In this document: piece by piece, positions 9,124 through 19,437 of the stretch | How the letters are laid out: each line of letters begins with the position of its first letter | How positions within the stretch are numbered: the first letter of the stretch is position 1 | Assembly: GCA_945883805.1 (NCBI GenBank) | Contig: CAMCYE010000007.1 | Span: 9,260 to 73,259 of the forward strand | From: Victivallis vadensis | Lineage (GTDB): Bacteria; Verrucomicrobiota; Lentisphaeria; Victivallales; GWF2-50-93 | Length of the DNA: 64,000 nucleotides | Direction of reading: 5' to 3' | Notes under the pieces: generated by a model | The model's input: only the letters and a program-made list of their open reading frames with translations | Database searches by the model: none | What the model was told of the DNA's origin: nothing | Program-made: the position numbers and the translations under genes

Positions 9124-11148
9124 TTATTTGACGATATCCTCTTTGTCCTTGTCCGAGACAAATCCGTCGTCTCCTTCGTCTACTCTCTCCAGTGCCAGGT
9201 CGCGGAACAGCCTGATGGCGTCACGGATGCCGCCGATGGCGAGCCACACGGTGGAAAGCGTGCCCAGGAAAACGGAAAATGCGACAAGTTTCCACCACCA
9301 TATCTCGCTCCAGACCGCATCGGTTATCCAGTCAGTGGTGAGGCAGAGGATGGTGACAATAATGAACAGGAACCAAAATAGCATGGATTTCAGGAATGTT
9401 GCCCAGGCGATGCACTTGTCGAGACGTGTAAACGCCTTGGAAATGCCGATGAGTTTATGCCAGTTGAAACGCGCATTCAGGGACGCCGCCTCATCCGGGG
9501 CGACAACGTCCTGCTTAACCGCATAAACACCGCGGTGGAGCAGTTTGTCCATGTTGTAAACCCGTTTGCCGAGCAAAGAAACCACAACATAGCTGGACAG
9601 GGATGTAATCATCGCGATGAAGAAAATTATCTGACCGTTGATCGGGAATTTTGCCTTGCTGGCGACCAGCCACGCCGAATCCGGCCATATTTGCAGCAAT
9701 GCGGGCGATAGGCAGCTTGGCCACAGCTGTTGCACCAGGATTCCGCCGAATGCCAGGATTGTGCCGACAGTAAGAGCTGTATACGCCGCCGCGGTTGTGC
9801 CCCGCTTCCAATAAAGTCCTCCTATTATTACAGAACCGGCTCCGCCAAGATAAATCGCCCCTGTAAGGGCAAAATACATCACGATAAAATCTTTCAGCGG
9901 GAACAGTAGGCTGAATGTAAAACCGAAAAGCGCTACGCCGCAGATTGACAGGCGGAGAATCAGCATGTGATGTTTCGGCTCAATCGGTTTATTGTGTAAA
10001 GGCATATATACGTCCTGGATGAAAATTGTCCCCCAGGCGTGCAGATATGTGTCGTCGCAGCTGATGGCGCACGCAACGATTATGGAGGCGAAAAGCCCCA
10101 TCAGTCCAACCGGGAGAATGTGGGTGAGGAATATCGGAACCGTCATCTGGCTTTGAATCATGGGATCGGTGATTTTTGCGATATCAGCAAGTATCGGAGC
10201 GGCGATGCCGCTGAATGACGGCAGATGCAGGACTGCATAGGCTGCCAGTGGAATCATGAGCATGCACAGTCCGCTGGCAACGGTTCTCCAACTGCTGAGG
10301 ATTCCCGACATCACAGCTTCGTGTGGGGTTTTGGCCGAAGAGTTGTATCCGGAATTGCCTTGCCAGGCGCGGGTGTTTAAAATGGAGGAGAACACCCCGA
10401 TCAGGAAATACCAGATATTGAAGTCCGCCACTTTTGAAGTTTTAAAAGGATTTATCATCGACTGGCCGTCCGGCGCGATCTGCAGGCCCGCTATAATGTC
10501 GTTCCATCCGAAACAATAGAGAAGATAGAACATAAGGAAAAGGAAGAGCATCATCAGGAGAATGCCTTGGAAGAAGTCGGTCACAATGATGCTAACCTGT
10601 CCGCCGACACAGGCAATGAACAAGGCGATTGACAGGTAGGTAAGCATGACCGGCGCGAGCGTCGGCAAATTCATGCCCATCAGGGTAAACTCATTTGGAA
10701 GTCCGAAGAAATAGATGATGAATCGGGCGGTTACAGCAGGGAAAATTCCGTAATTTAAGATGCCGGAGAGCCAGCAGAGTGTTCCGGCGTAGAAACGGAA
10801 GGAGCGGCTGTAGCGTATCTCGAAGAACTGGGCTAGCGTCAGGGAGCGCGTCTGCCGGAACCGGAAAATAACGAATCCAGTAAGGGCGATGAACACTCCG
10901 ACTGGAATGGACATCATTGCCCACCATTGAGTCGGCAATCCAGCCTTGTAGATCATTTCCCATGTCGCGATCATTGATATTGCCCCGCCGAAACCGCCGG
11001 CTACAGCGATCAGATAACGGCCGGCCAAACGGTTGGCCGCCAGAAAATCCGCCACGCTACGGATCCTGTTCCTGACGTAAAGCGTGATTATAATCAGGGT
11101 CGACAGCAAGATTCCGACAATGGTCCAATCCACCCAGTGTAAATTCAT
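9124..11148 (-). CDS. Sodium:solute symporter family transporter with extra C-terminal TM region
   Basis: 674 aa and polytopic. 'DFLAANRLAGRYLIAVAGGFGGAISMIATWEMIYKAGL' is SSF-like. Last gene downstream of the glycan-like operon. Confidence 0.75.
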   Translation of the reverse strand: MNLHWVDWTIVGILLSTLIIITLYVRNRIRSVADFLAANRLAGRYLIAVAGGFGGAISMIATWEMIYKAGLPTQWWAMMSIPVGVFIALTGFVIFRFRQTRSLTLAQFFEIRYSRSFRFYAGTLCWLSGILNYGIFPAVTARFIIYFFGLPNEFTLMGMNLPTLAPVMLTYLSIALFIACVGGQVSIIVTDFFQGILLMMLFLFLMFYLLYCFGWNDIIAGLQIAPDGQSMINPFKTSKVADFNIWYFLIGVFSSILNTRAWQGNSGYNSSAKTPHEAVMSGILSSWRTVASGLCMLMIPLAAYAVLHLPSFSGIAAPILADIAKITDPMIQSQMTVPIFLTHILPVGLMGLFASIIVACAISCDDTYLHAWGTIFIQDVYMPLHNKPIEPKHHMLILRLSICGVALFGFTFSLLFPLKDFIVMYFALTGAIYLGGAGSVIIGGLYWKRGTTAAAYTALTVGTILAFGGILVQQLWPSCLSPALLQIWPDSAWLVASKAKFPINGQIIFFIAMITSLSSYVVVSLLGKRVYNMDKLLHRGVYAVKQDVVAPDEAASLNARFNWHKLIGISKAFTRLDKCIAWATFLKSMLFWFLFIIVTILCLTTDWITDAVWSEIWWWKLVAFSVFLGTLSTVWLAIGGIRDAIRLFRDLALERVDEGDDGFVSDKDKEDIVK

Positions 11149-11323
11149 TCTTCCTCCTAAGTTGACGCAGAGTCTACTTCAAAACCCGTGATTTCCTTGC
11201 CAGGTACAGACTAGAAAATCTTTAAAGTTGCAGTATTATTTTTAACAGGCGCCTGCAACTATTATCACGGGGTCGTTTAAATTCAAGGTAACGTGAGTGA
11301 TCAGGCTAGATGCCTGAACAACT

Positions 11324-12451
11324 CTAATAAGAGCCAAATTCTCGCCACGCATCAATAAGGGCAAGATTGCATTCAATATCTTTTATGCATTGTTCCTTCG
11401 TTTTACCGTTTCCCACATCGCCTCCTGTGGTTCTAAGGCTGAATCCTCCGCCAGGAGCTCCATCTTCTATTGCCCGTTTTACCAGCTCACGCACATCTCC
11501 AACCTTGAAAGAATCTAAAGGGAATGCCTGCGAAATAACATTGCCTGATAAGAGCATTCTTTTCCCCACCAGTTTCTTTGCCTTTGCGAGAATATTGTCC
11601 CCGTACGGAGGCGGCTCAAGGGGTTCCACTGCATCAATGCCCATGTCTGCAAACAACTCTAAGAACTCACCGCTGTTACCATGACAGTGCGCCCGATGAC
11701 GACCTCCGATCTTATGAACTGCGTCATTGGCAGTTTTGTCGAAAGGGAAAACCAGCTTGTTGAAATACTCCTTGCCCATCCATGGCGGAGTAAGCATTTC
11801 CAATGCAGCAGTAACAAAAACAGGGGGCTCTGAAAGTTTTTTATCCTTAATTGACAAAAGCGTATCACATATCTGTTCCGTGCATCTTTCAAGAAACTCC
11901 ATCACAATCCTCTTTTCTGTTAATAGCCACATATATACTTCATTCATATTGCTGCATCTTACCAGTCGGCCCAATGGGTGAAAGTGGCCTGTACACGGCA
12001 ATCCCCGGTTACCGACCTCGCCGCATCCTTGGTTGTACTTTTCCAAATCAAAAGGACGAATTTTCCTTTCGGCTTGGGTTATCCGCTTGAAATCTTCTAT
12101 AGTTTCAATAAATCTCTTTTCCCAAAAGAAGTCGCCCGGATCCATTTCATCATAAAGATGCTTGGTGATGGCTGTAAATTTTCCTGCAGGGGTTGAATGG
12201 ATTTTTTGCATGCGTTTAAATTCGCCGGGAATATCCTCGATGATTTCTTCAGTATAAGTTGTATCAAGCCCCATAAAGCCCCAGTCAAAACCAGGTACCC
12301 CCCTAAAATTATCCGCCTCCTTATCCTGAAATTCGCGGATTTTGTCGGCACCCGGCAAATCTTTGGCTGCTGAATAAAGATATATTTCCAGAGGCACCTT
12401 GTCCGGCTCCTCAAAATTCCAAGCTTTCAGCATTCTGCTTTTTGAATCCAT
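11324..12451 (-). CDS. Uroporphyrinogen decarboxylase (URO-D)/MtaA-like family protein
   Basis: 375 aa. N-terminal 'RMLKAWNFEEPDKVPLEI', 'HCHGNSGEFLELFADMGIDAVEPLEP' and 'LSGNVISQAFPLDSFKVGDVRELVKRAIEDGAPGGGFSL' follow the URO-D fold pattern. Confidence 0.65.
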   Translation of the reverse strand: MDSKSRMLKAWNFEEPDKVPLEIYLYSAAKDLPGADKIREFQDKEADNFRGVPGFDWGFMGLDTTYTEEIIEDIPGEFKRMQKIHSTPAGKFTAITKHLYDEMDPGDFFWEKRFIETIEDFKRITQAERKIRPFDLEKYNQGCGEVGNRGLPCTGHFHPLGRLVRCSNMNEVYMWLLTEKRIVMEFLERCTEQICDTLLSIKDKKLSEPPVFVTAALEMLTPPWMGKEYFNKLVFPFDKTANDAVHKIGGRHRAHCHGNSGEFLELFADMGIDAVEPLEPPPYGDNILAKAKKLVGKRMLLSGNVISQAFPLDSFKVGDVRELVKRAIEDGAPGGGFSLRTTGGDVGNGKTKEQCIKDIECNLALIDAWREFGSY

Positions 12452-12499
12452 TACACCCTCCTAATTATTTTATATGATTTTTAATCATTTGATGTAGAT

Positions 12500-12790
12500 A
12501 CTATTTGAGGAGCTTATTTTCGACTTTCCGGAATGCGGCAACAATATCTTCAGACTCTTTCTCACTCCAACTTTCCGAAATAAACAGTATGGAATGGTTT
12601 TCCATAGCCGCAAACACATTTGGGCATTCGAAATTTCTTAGATGGTTGCCTTGGCAACACGGATTGTTCCAAGGGTGTTTTCCGGCATGGTTCTGAACCA
12701 GTCGAAAGTGAATGGCAGCGCAGCCTTGTAGTTTGGAGCCACATTAACGCCTTCGGCGACAATCGCCTTGAAAAACTCGTCCCTTGGATT
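12500..12790 (-). pseudogene. Decayed C-terminal gene fragment (one in-frame stop and two frame changes), family uncertain (DegT-like aminotransferase tail?)
   Basis: Own translation gives three pieces. First: 12790..12641 'NPRDEFFKAIVAEGVNVAPNYKAALPFTFDWFRTMPENTLGTIRVAKATI' then TAA. Second: 12635 onward 'NFECPNVFAAME' in another frame. Third: after an A5 run, 'NHSILFISESWSEKESEDIVAAFRKVENKLLK' then TAG at 12502..12500. No N-terminal part exists, because the upstream gene ends at 12791. Confidence 0.45.
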
Positions 12791-15127
12791 TCATTGTTCA
12801 TACAGGTCCATCACTTCTATGGCACTGAGTGCCCGGGTGTAAACGCGCATATCGTCAATGATGCCGGGAAAATTTCCCGGTGTCGAGTAGGAAAGCTTTC
12901 CGATTCGAAATGGATAGCTGGAGGCAAAACCACTGGTGAAACCATGAGATTTGGAGGCTTTCAGTTCGCCATTGATGTAGATGTACACGTTGTTGTCATC
13001 TCTGACACCAACGACATGCACCCACGTCTCAGGCGTTATCCGAGGGGCCGTTACGCTAACTTCGCTACCTGAACTGGGTTTGAGCCGGAATACGGGGTAG
13101 TTGTACTGGAGTCCCAGGTACATGCTGTTGGCATAAGTGAGAACACCCTTGTTGACTAAGGGTTTGTATGTGGTGGCTGTTGTTCCGTCCCAGAAGAACC
13201 ATGCTGAGAAGGTGAAGTTCTGACCGGAGGCGAAATCAAAGTCGTTGTCGTCGCCCATGTCCACGTAGTCGCCGCTGCCGTCGAAAAGCATGCCACGCCA
13301 GTCGTGGCCTAGGCTGGTCCGGGCGGCGTTGCCGTACAACGTACCGGTCTTGCCATGGCCGGAGCAGTCGTAAACCGAAGAGGAATCGAGCAATTCATCG
13401 AACTTCCAATGCGCCAGAAGTGTGGTGTCTGTGCTTGGCATGGTGGCGTACGTATTCCAAGTTGCACCGGTTACGCTCGAGCTGGTGGCAACCCATTCAA
13501 ATGTTTGTCCAGCACCCGGCAGCGGATCCAAGCGATAATGATCGCCTTGGAAGGCGGGGGTGTTCGTGCCCGGCGCACACGTGCCGATGATCTTGCGCCC
13601 TCCATTGTACGTGTTATTGTTGATGGTCGAGTAACTTTTAGCGAGCGTGTTGGCATTGCGGTCAATCACCATGTTGAGGTGGGTAAAGACGTTTGCGGGT
13701 TCTTGCGCTGCAATCCACTCGGATGTCGTCACATTGTCTCCAAAGATAACATTGTCGAGTGTCGCGTTCAGGGGAAAAGCGCTGTAACCGAGCAGACGCA
13801 CCGCTATGTCGGCATCAATGAAAATGTCTACAAGTTCGACAATTCCACCCGCGTTTATGAAAACACCGTAGTCGAATCCGTCCGCTATGGTGCAGTTCTC
13901 CATGCGCAGGAGATTGTTGTCGTTGGGATGGCTAGTATTTTGATAGATTCCATAGGTGGTGTCCGTCTCCAAGATACCCTCGCCCAACAGGAAGTTGCAT
14001 CCCTTGAAGAGAAGCGTCTGATCTGTAACCACGTCACCGGAGTAGATCCAGAAGTCCACAATGAATGTTTTGAAGATGCTTGCCCCGCTCCTGTGGGTGG
14101 CATAGAACGTGCAATTGTCGAAAATCATGTCGTTCGGATAGTAACAAAACATCTGATCTGTCACTGAAAAGCTGCAGTTTGTGAACCTGCTCGTGGAGTC
14201 CTTAGTGTTGGTTTGGAACGGGCCGTTTACGGTAAGGTTTTGAACATCTATTGTGCTACCTTCTATGACCTTTAAATCGTACGAACAAATCGTCGCGTTT
14301 GTGATGGTAATGTGAACAGCCTTGTCTCCGCCGTATCCACCAGCTCCATCGGTTTCGACCTGAAGACCGCCACCGTCTACTCCGGCGGTGTCAGTCCAGT
14401 CATCAATGTCCAAGGTAGTGTGTCCATTACCAAAGGTAATGGCGCCGCGGAAAAAGCTGTGCGTAGTAAAATCGTGAAGTTTCACATCAGTATTCATTAA
14501 GATGTTAATTCCATCGCCGGCACCGTCATGAAAGTAGCAGTTATCCACTTCAAGCCGGATGCGTCCGGCCATTTTGGTTGAGGCTTGTACACCAATCGCC
14601 GCTTGGTGCTGAACCTCGTAATTATGGTATGCCCCCTGTCCGCCAGCATTGCAGTCGAATTCCAAGTTGGTGAACTTCAGTAATCCTGAGTCGTTTGCAC
14701 TTTTGTATTCCCATATGTAGTGGTTGATGCAGGTAGTGAACATTTTGTTGTTATCACCAGCCATGTCCTTCATCTTGACCACGGCGCGGTTGTCACCGGG
14801 CAGCGTCTGCAGATTGATCGGGTAGGCATTAACGCGGACTTCCACCATCGAGATGATGTACGTGCCTGCTGGGAAATTGACCGTGCCGTCCGCGCCTGCT
14901 ACAATCACTGCAGTCACTGCAGCCTGGATGGCAGCGGTATCATTGGTGCTTCCGTCGCCTTGAGCATTGTATGGCGAATCCTTGACATTCACAGTCAATG
15001 CCATGCAAACGCCAGAACATATAAGAATTAGAGATGCCGTCAGAATGGCGGTAGGCATCAGTCTTCTGCGCATGTGGAGCCGTGACACTTCAGTACTTGA
15101 TAATTTGCTTTTTAAAAAAGATATCAT
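12791..15127 (-). CDS. Secreted right-handed beta-helix (pectate-lyase superfamily) protein with C-terminal LamG domain
   Basis: 778 aa with a signal/TM segment. 'YNAQGDGSTNDTAAIQAAV' is the Pectate_lyase_3-type start. C-terminus 'LLAHWKFDE...FDGSGDYVDMG...FTFSAWF...VHVVGVRDDNNVYIYINGEL...IDDMRVYTRALSAIEV' matches Laminin_G_3. The likely true start is the internal Met at 15073. Confidence 0.7.
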   Translation of the reverse strand: MISFLKSKLSSTEVSRLHMRRRLMPTAILTASLILICSGVCMALTVNVKDSPYNAQGDGSTNDTAAIQAAVTAVIVAGADGTVNFPAGTYIISMVEVRVNAYPINLQTLPGDNRAVVKMKDMAGDNNKMFTTCINHYIWEYKSANDSGLLKFTNLEFDCNAGGQGAYHNYEVQHQAAIGVQASTKMAGRIRLEVDNCYFHDGAGDGINILMNTDVKLHDFTTHSFFRGAITFGNGHTTLDIDDWTDTAGVDGGGLQVETDGAGGYGGDKAVHITITNATICSYDLKVIEGSTIDVQNLTVNGPFQTNTKDSTSRFTNCSFSVTDQMFCYYPNDMIFDNCTFYATHRSGASIFKTFIVDFWIYSGDVVTDQTLLFKGCNFLLGEGILETDTTYGIYQNTSHPNDNNLLRMENCTIADGFDYGVFINAGGIVELVDIFIDADIAVRLLGYSAFPLNATLDNVIFGDNVTTSEWIAAQEPANVFTHLNMVIDRNANTLAKSYSTINNNTYNGGRKIIGTCAPGTNTPAFQGDHYRLDPLPGAGQTFEWVATSSSVTGATWNTYATMPSTDTTLLAHWKFDELLDSSSVYDCSGHGKTGTLYGNAARTSLGHDWRGMLFDGSGDYVDMGDDNDFDFASGQNFTFSAWFFWDGTTATTYKPLVNKGVLTYANSMYLGLQYNYPVFRLKPSSGSEVSVTAPRITPETWVHVVGVRDDNNVYIYINGELKASKSHGFTSGFASSYPFRIGKLSYSTPGNFPGIIDDMRVYTRALSAIEVMDLYEQ

Positions 15128-15187
15128 TTTAAAGCCTCATTTTTTTTACTCAAAGATTATATTGTTTTTTGTCAGTCCTATTCCTAA

Positions 15188-16474
15188 TTAATTCCCCCTT
15201 TGGTTTTGAAGTGTTTCTTGCCAATATTTCTCCGCCCAGGCCGGACATTGGAACTCTTTGATTGCAGGCCAATAATCCAATGCCTTTGCAATCTTTCCTT
15301 CTTCAATTAAACGCAGATAGGAAGTAATTAAATCATTATGGGATTCACACGTAAAACAGTTTCTTACAACCAGTAAATCATGTACTGATTTACGTCTGTC
15401 AAGAGCAATAGGCCATGCAGCTAAACGGTCACGAAACCAGGAAAGGTAATAAGCACCGCGATGAGCCACCCAAGCATGAAAATAATGTTCTACTTCCTCT
15501 GGATCGCTGATAATTCGGTTTAGATCGGACATGTACTCGAAAAAATATTTTTCATCCTCATAAGTTAACTTATAGAGCCGTTCATTGTCAAAACGGTATG
15601 GCATAATCTCGAGCGCGTAAACCCCTGCACAGTCACAGTAGAATTTCGGCAGATAGCCGAACCACCACATTGCACTCAAGTGATCTGCAGTCAAATCAGT
15701 CCAAGGGAAGAAAAAATTACCTGGTGAATATACGATGGGAATTCCATTCCATAACTCAATGCCTTCCGGACAATGGGTGTGAATGTTCATTACCATGGAT
15801 GCACCGGCTTCCGCAAAGGCGCGGTAAGTACTGATCATCCGTGGAGAAGGTGCTGGATTGCACTCATGTCCGCCATGGACTACAACAAACACCAAATCGG
15901 AAGTTTTTGCGGCCAATTTAATCGATTTGATATTGTCAATCAGGTTAAGCGAGGCACAGCCGGCACTGTTCTTTTTGGCAGTTCCAAACTCGTTCTCGGC
16001 AAAATTTAGAATCGCGACTCTAACCCCATTGCAAATCATTTTCGCCGGAGAGTTCGCAGCAGCAAGGTTTTTCCCTGCGCCTACGGTTTTTATTCCGGCG
16101 TTGTTTAAATGACTTATCGTTTCCATGGCAACCTCGCAACCATGGTCTCCAATATGGTTGTTGGCGAGCAACGCCATGTCAAAGCCTGCTTCCCGAAGTA
16201 AATTAAGGCATTCAGGCGGACATTTTAAATTTGGACCGCTTTTATCGATTGGAGTGTCTCTATTGGTCAGAGGAGCCTCGAATTGGATTATCTTATAGTC
16301 GGCTGAGTCCAGAAATGGTTTCACGGCGTCTATAATGTCTGCCGCCCTGCCAGCGCGAATTGTTTCTATCGCACTTTCCCATGGACAGCAATCACCGGCG
16401 ATAATCGTGATAAAAGTGTTATCGCCAATCGGTTTCCTGATAAGTTCTTTGCCGTTTTTAAATTCAAAAAACAT
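15188..16474 (-). CDS. CapA-family metallophosphatase-like protein (PGA_cap domain)
   Basis: 428 aa. 'FITIIAGDCCP', 'QFEAPLT', 'LANNHIGDHG', 'VVVHGGHE' and 'NIHTH' are the metallophosphoesterase/CapA motifs. Confidence 0.7.
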   Translation of the reverse strand: MFFEFKNGKELIRKPIGDNTFITIIAGDCCPWESAIETIRAGRAADIIDAVKPFLDSADYKIIQFEAPLTNRDTPIDKSGPNLKCPPECLNLLREAGFDMALLANNHIGDHGCEVAMETISHLNNAGIKTVGAGKNLAAANSPAKMICNGVRVAILNFAENEFGTAKKNSAGCASLNLIDNIKSIKLAAKTSDLVFVVVHGGHECNPAPSPRMISTYRAFAEAGASMVMNIHTHCPEGIELWNGIPIVYSPGNFFFPWTDLTADHLSAMWWFGYLPKFYCDCAGVYALEIMPYRFDNERLYKLTYEDEKYFFEYMSDLNRIISDPEEVEHYFHAWVAHRGAYYLSWFRDRLAAWPIALDRRKSVHDLLVVRNCFTCESHNDLITSYLRLIEEGKIAKALDYWPAIKEFQCPAWAEKYWQETLQNQRGN

Positions 16475-16480
16475 TTTCTA

Positions 16481-19420
16481 TCACCTTTCTTTTTTTACTG
16501 TATCTCCTACCAGCCAATTCCCTTCCGAATGGAAAAACTGCGTAAACATTTTTATACCTTTTTCCGTCCCTGCATCTTCCGGACCCGCTATTATGAAGAC
16601 ATTTTTACCGGAGTCCTTCAATTCACGGATGTAATAACTGTTTGAACCGGGATAATTCCTATCAGCGTCACGAGCGTTATTTTTTTCAAGGATATTTTTG
16701 CTCAACCTGTTCTGAGACATGTTGCCAATTATGAGCGCTGTCTTGTATTTGCCGTTCAGTTCGGATGACGCTTGAAATGTCGGCAAATCGATTCCCGAAA
16801 GTTTTTTTGCTTCTTTAAGCAGACTGTCGGGCCTTATTTTGTCGTAATAGACTGCTGCAACAGGATTCCCGTCCTTTATGAGCTCAATATTGTTCCAGTA
16901 AAGGGATGGCCGGATATATTTTTGGGCATCATCTTTCAATGAAACAAGCAGTTCCATAATTTCTCTTTTTGCTATCCTGTAATCTGCGGATGTGGCATTA
17001 ATTTCCTTTACCGGATATTTATCATAGTGGATCACCTCTTTCCATTTTATTATGGCATTGTCGGATGAGCTGACTATACGTCCTAGTTTCTCCTTGGCTG
17101 TTTTTACCTTTAATGCAGAATCTCCTCCCTCTTTTTCCATGTGTTCGAGATACCAGGACAGAATAGCGCAGAGATTGCCTTCTTCCATTCCTTCACGTAC
17201 GCCTTCCCAGAACGGGCAATCGGCCAGAGGAATGGAAAGATTGTCCTTTTCTATATAGGAAACAAACCTTTCACCACCAACGCCCCCGGCTTCACCTCGG
17301 TCTCCATAATCACAATAATATATATATCCTTTGAAATAAGGATTTACCGAACAGTCTTGTACCTTATTTAACCATGAGCTCCATCCAAGATAGCGGCTTA
17401 CGCTTAGCGGTTTTCTGAATTCAGTACCCCGCCCCTCTCCGGCACCGTAAGTTCCTATCACGGCATCCTGTCTGATCTTGATTTCCCCTTGCCGGACTTT
17501 CTCGATAAAAGCGGGAGCATATGCCTGATTGAAACACCAAACATTGACTAAAGGGGCTATTTGATTGAAGTAGTCAACTGGTATCCCCTGACAACTGAAC
17601 GCAGAGCTGCAACCATCCCAACCATAACCGACAAGTTTACGTGCCATTGGCTCCCATTTTGTCTTCAGTCCTTCCATCTTCATCTCGTCACCGAATTTTG
17701 CAACCAGCGTTTTGATGCCTTTCTCCTTCATATAGCGTGAAATCTGACCTGTCAGCCACTCATTTATTTTATCGTTTTGCTCCGTAGTAAATCCGTCCTT
17801 CTCCAATTCATACAACGGAGGTGTTGCCAAAAAATTAGTCAGGCCGTGCCCTATTGCCTGTTCCATCCAGGGATCCAGGGCTGTCATATCCAGTTCCGGA
17901 TATTTTCCCTCTTCAAATTCTTTTTTGTGTGATTTAAGAATATATTCTGTTGTAAGCAAGTCCCCTGTTCCCTGTATCTTGAATGTATTCAACCTGAAAA
18001 TATTTATAAGAGACCATTCTATACCGTGTGCTTCTAGGTCTTCTGCAAAACGCAACGCAGGCCCTGCGTTGTTCGCATCACCATAGATCTGTCCGCCTGC
18101 AGCAAGCTTGATTAGGCGTTTTCTCGGAAGGACTACAGGGTAAACCTTCACATTTACAGGTATCTGGATGGATTTATCATTAGGGATTTTGAAATTGAGA
18201 AAAACATTGTAATTTCCGGGCTTTAACCCATGGGAATTCACTCGTAGCCATGTTATTTTAGTTTCACCGGTTTTGGGGAGGGCAAAAGAATCCTTTGATT
18301 TACCGTCTAGATGCTCGGGCGCAATCATCCAGTATGGGAATTCCTTGGCTATTTCCGGCTGTTTGGGCCACGGTATCGGATAAGGTTTATCCTGTACCAT
18401 GAATTCCAGATTTTGCAGAGGGATATCCTTGCTTTCGATCTTGAATGAAATAGTTTGAATATCTTTCAAGGGAGTTATATTTAATTGAAGTGTCTCGTAT
18501 TCATCCAAGGCCATGTCAGCTGACAGATTTTTTATAAGTTCGTTCCTTTCTGGGAGAGGCGGTGTAAATCTGGGGCCATATTGTTCGCCGCGGCTCCATT
18601 CCCTGTCCCAGAATAAGATTTTAGCATCGCCAAAATCAGCCTTTTCAATCATCGTTTCCCTCATCCTCTTTTGCTCCAGAGGCTTTGACGTTCTGATTGC
18701 ATTTCGCATTACTTCCAGATATTTGTCTACAGCAGGTGATTTCGCATTACGCATTCTGAAAAGTTCATCTCCAAAATAGAAAACAGATCCTTTCCCTATT
18801 TTGGCGATTCCGATGAAGCATGATGAATTGTTACCGATGACAGTATCCATTGGAAGACTGACAGTAGCGATATTGCTTACATTCTCGGGCCAGACTTTTT
18901 TGCCGTTACTGTTTTTTTCCATCTTCACATTTTTCAACAGAACACTTTCTGGTTGTATGATTTCACATGGAGCGCCTCCCCTGATATTGCTAATGCACTG
19001 AATTCCTGTCCATGATAGGAGTTTCTTTTTCTGAAGTCCATCCGCTCCCCCGCATAATGCAATCGGAGCATACTGTATAAGCATAAGGTTCCCGCCTTTC
19101 ATCACCCACTCTTTCAGTTTCTCCATCTCTTCATCAGTCAATGACTTGCTCACGGATGTAGCGACAATCAGCAGGCTGTAATTATCCAGTTCTGAAATTG
19201 GAACCTCTGTTCCGCGGTTCTGATACACATATGTTTCCTCTTCGGAAATAACAATTGCATTGTTTATGAGCATCTTCAGTTCATGAACACCATAGGAATT
19301 GCCCACTAGCGCAATAGGTTTGCCTAATTCGTCGGCAAACATAGTCATCATAAATGTGGCAGACACCGCAAGTAAAAACAATATTATTTTTCTGTTAATC
19401 ATACCAGGTTCCTTTTTCAA
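16481..19420 (-). CDS. Large secreted hypothetical protein (possible carbohydrate-active enzyme)
   Basis: 979 aa with an N-terminal signal peptide. No motif I can name with confidence. Tightly packed in the operon (6-nt and 17-nt gaps to its neighbours). Confidence 0.6.
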   Translation of the reverse strand: MKKEPGMINRKIILFLLAVSATFMMTMFADELGKPIALVGNSYGVHELKMLINNAIVISEEETYVYQNRGTEVPISELDNYSLLIVATSVSKSLTDEEMEKLKEWVMKGGNLMLIQYAPIALCGGADGLQKKKLLSWTGIQCISNIRGGAPCEIIQPESVLLKNVKMEKNSNGKKVWPENVSNIATVSLPMDTVIGNNSSCFIGIAKIGKGSVFYFGDELFRMRNAKSPAVDKYLEVMRNAIRTSKPLEQKRMRETMIEKADFGDAKILFWDREWSRGEQYGPRFTPPLPERNELIKNLSADMALDEYETLQLNITPLKDIQTISFKIESKDIPLQNLEFMVQDKPYPIPWPKQPEIAKEFPYWMIAPEHLDGKSKDSFALPKTGETKITWLRVNSHGLKPGNYNVFLNFKIPNDKSIQIPVNVKVYPVVLPRKRLIKLAAGGQIYGDANNAGPALRFAEDLEAHGIEWSLINIFRLNTFKIQGTGDLLTTEYILKSHKKEFEEGKYPELDMTALDPWMEQAIGHGLTNFLATPPLYELEKDGFTTEQNDKINEWLTGQISRYMKEKGIKTLVAKFGDEMKMEGLKTKWEPMARKLVGYGWDGCSSAFSCQGIPVDYFNQIAPLVNVWCFNQAYAPAFIEKVRQGEIKIRQDAVIGTYGAGEGRGTEFRKPLSVSRYLGWSSWLNKVQDCSVNPYFKGYIYYCDYGDRGEAGGVGGERFVSYIEKDNLSIPLADCPFWEGVREGMEEGNLCAILSWYLEHMEKEGGDSALKVKTAKEKLGRIVSSSDNAIIKWKEVIHYDKYPVKEINATSADYRIAKREIMELLVSLKDDAQKYIRPSLYWNNIELIKDGNPVAAVYYDKIRPDSLLKEAKKLSGIDLPTFQASSELNGKYKTALIIGNMSQNRLSKNILEKNNARDADRNYPGSNSYYIRELKDSGKNVFIIAGPEDAGTEKGIKMFTQFFHSEGNWLVGDTVKKER

Positions 19421-19437
19421 GACATTGTCATTATTAT

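Noticed and set aside
8976-9161. 61-aa minus-strand ORF in the U32-symporter gap
   Set aside because: It covers the module G repeat and a T-run and has no motif. It is most likely a non-coding repeat region.
12791-12793. Programmed TGA read-through or selenocysteine extending the LamG protein by 50 aa
   Set aside because: The LamG domain ends naturally at ...RVYTRALSAIEVMDLYEQ. The downstream sequence resembles a different protein family and is itself broken by a stop and frameshifts. No SECIS-like hairpin follows the TGA.
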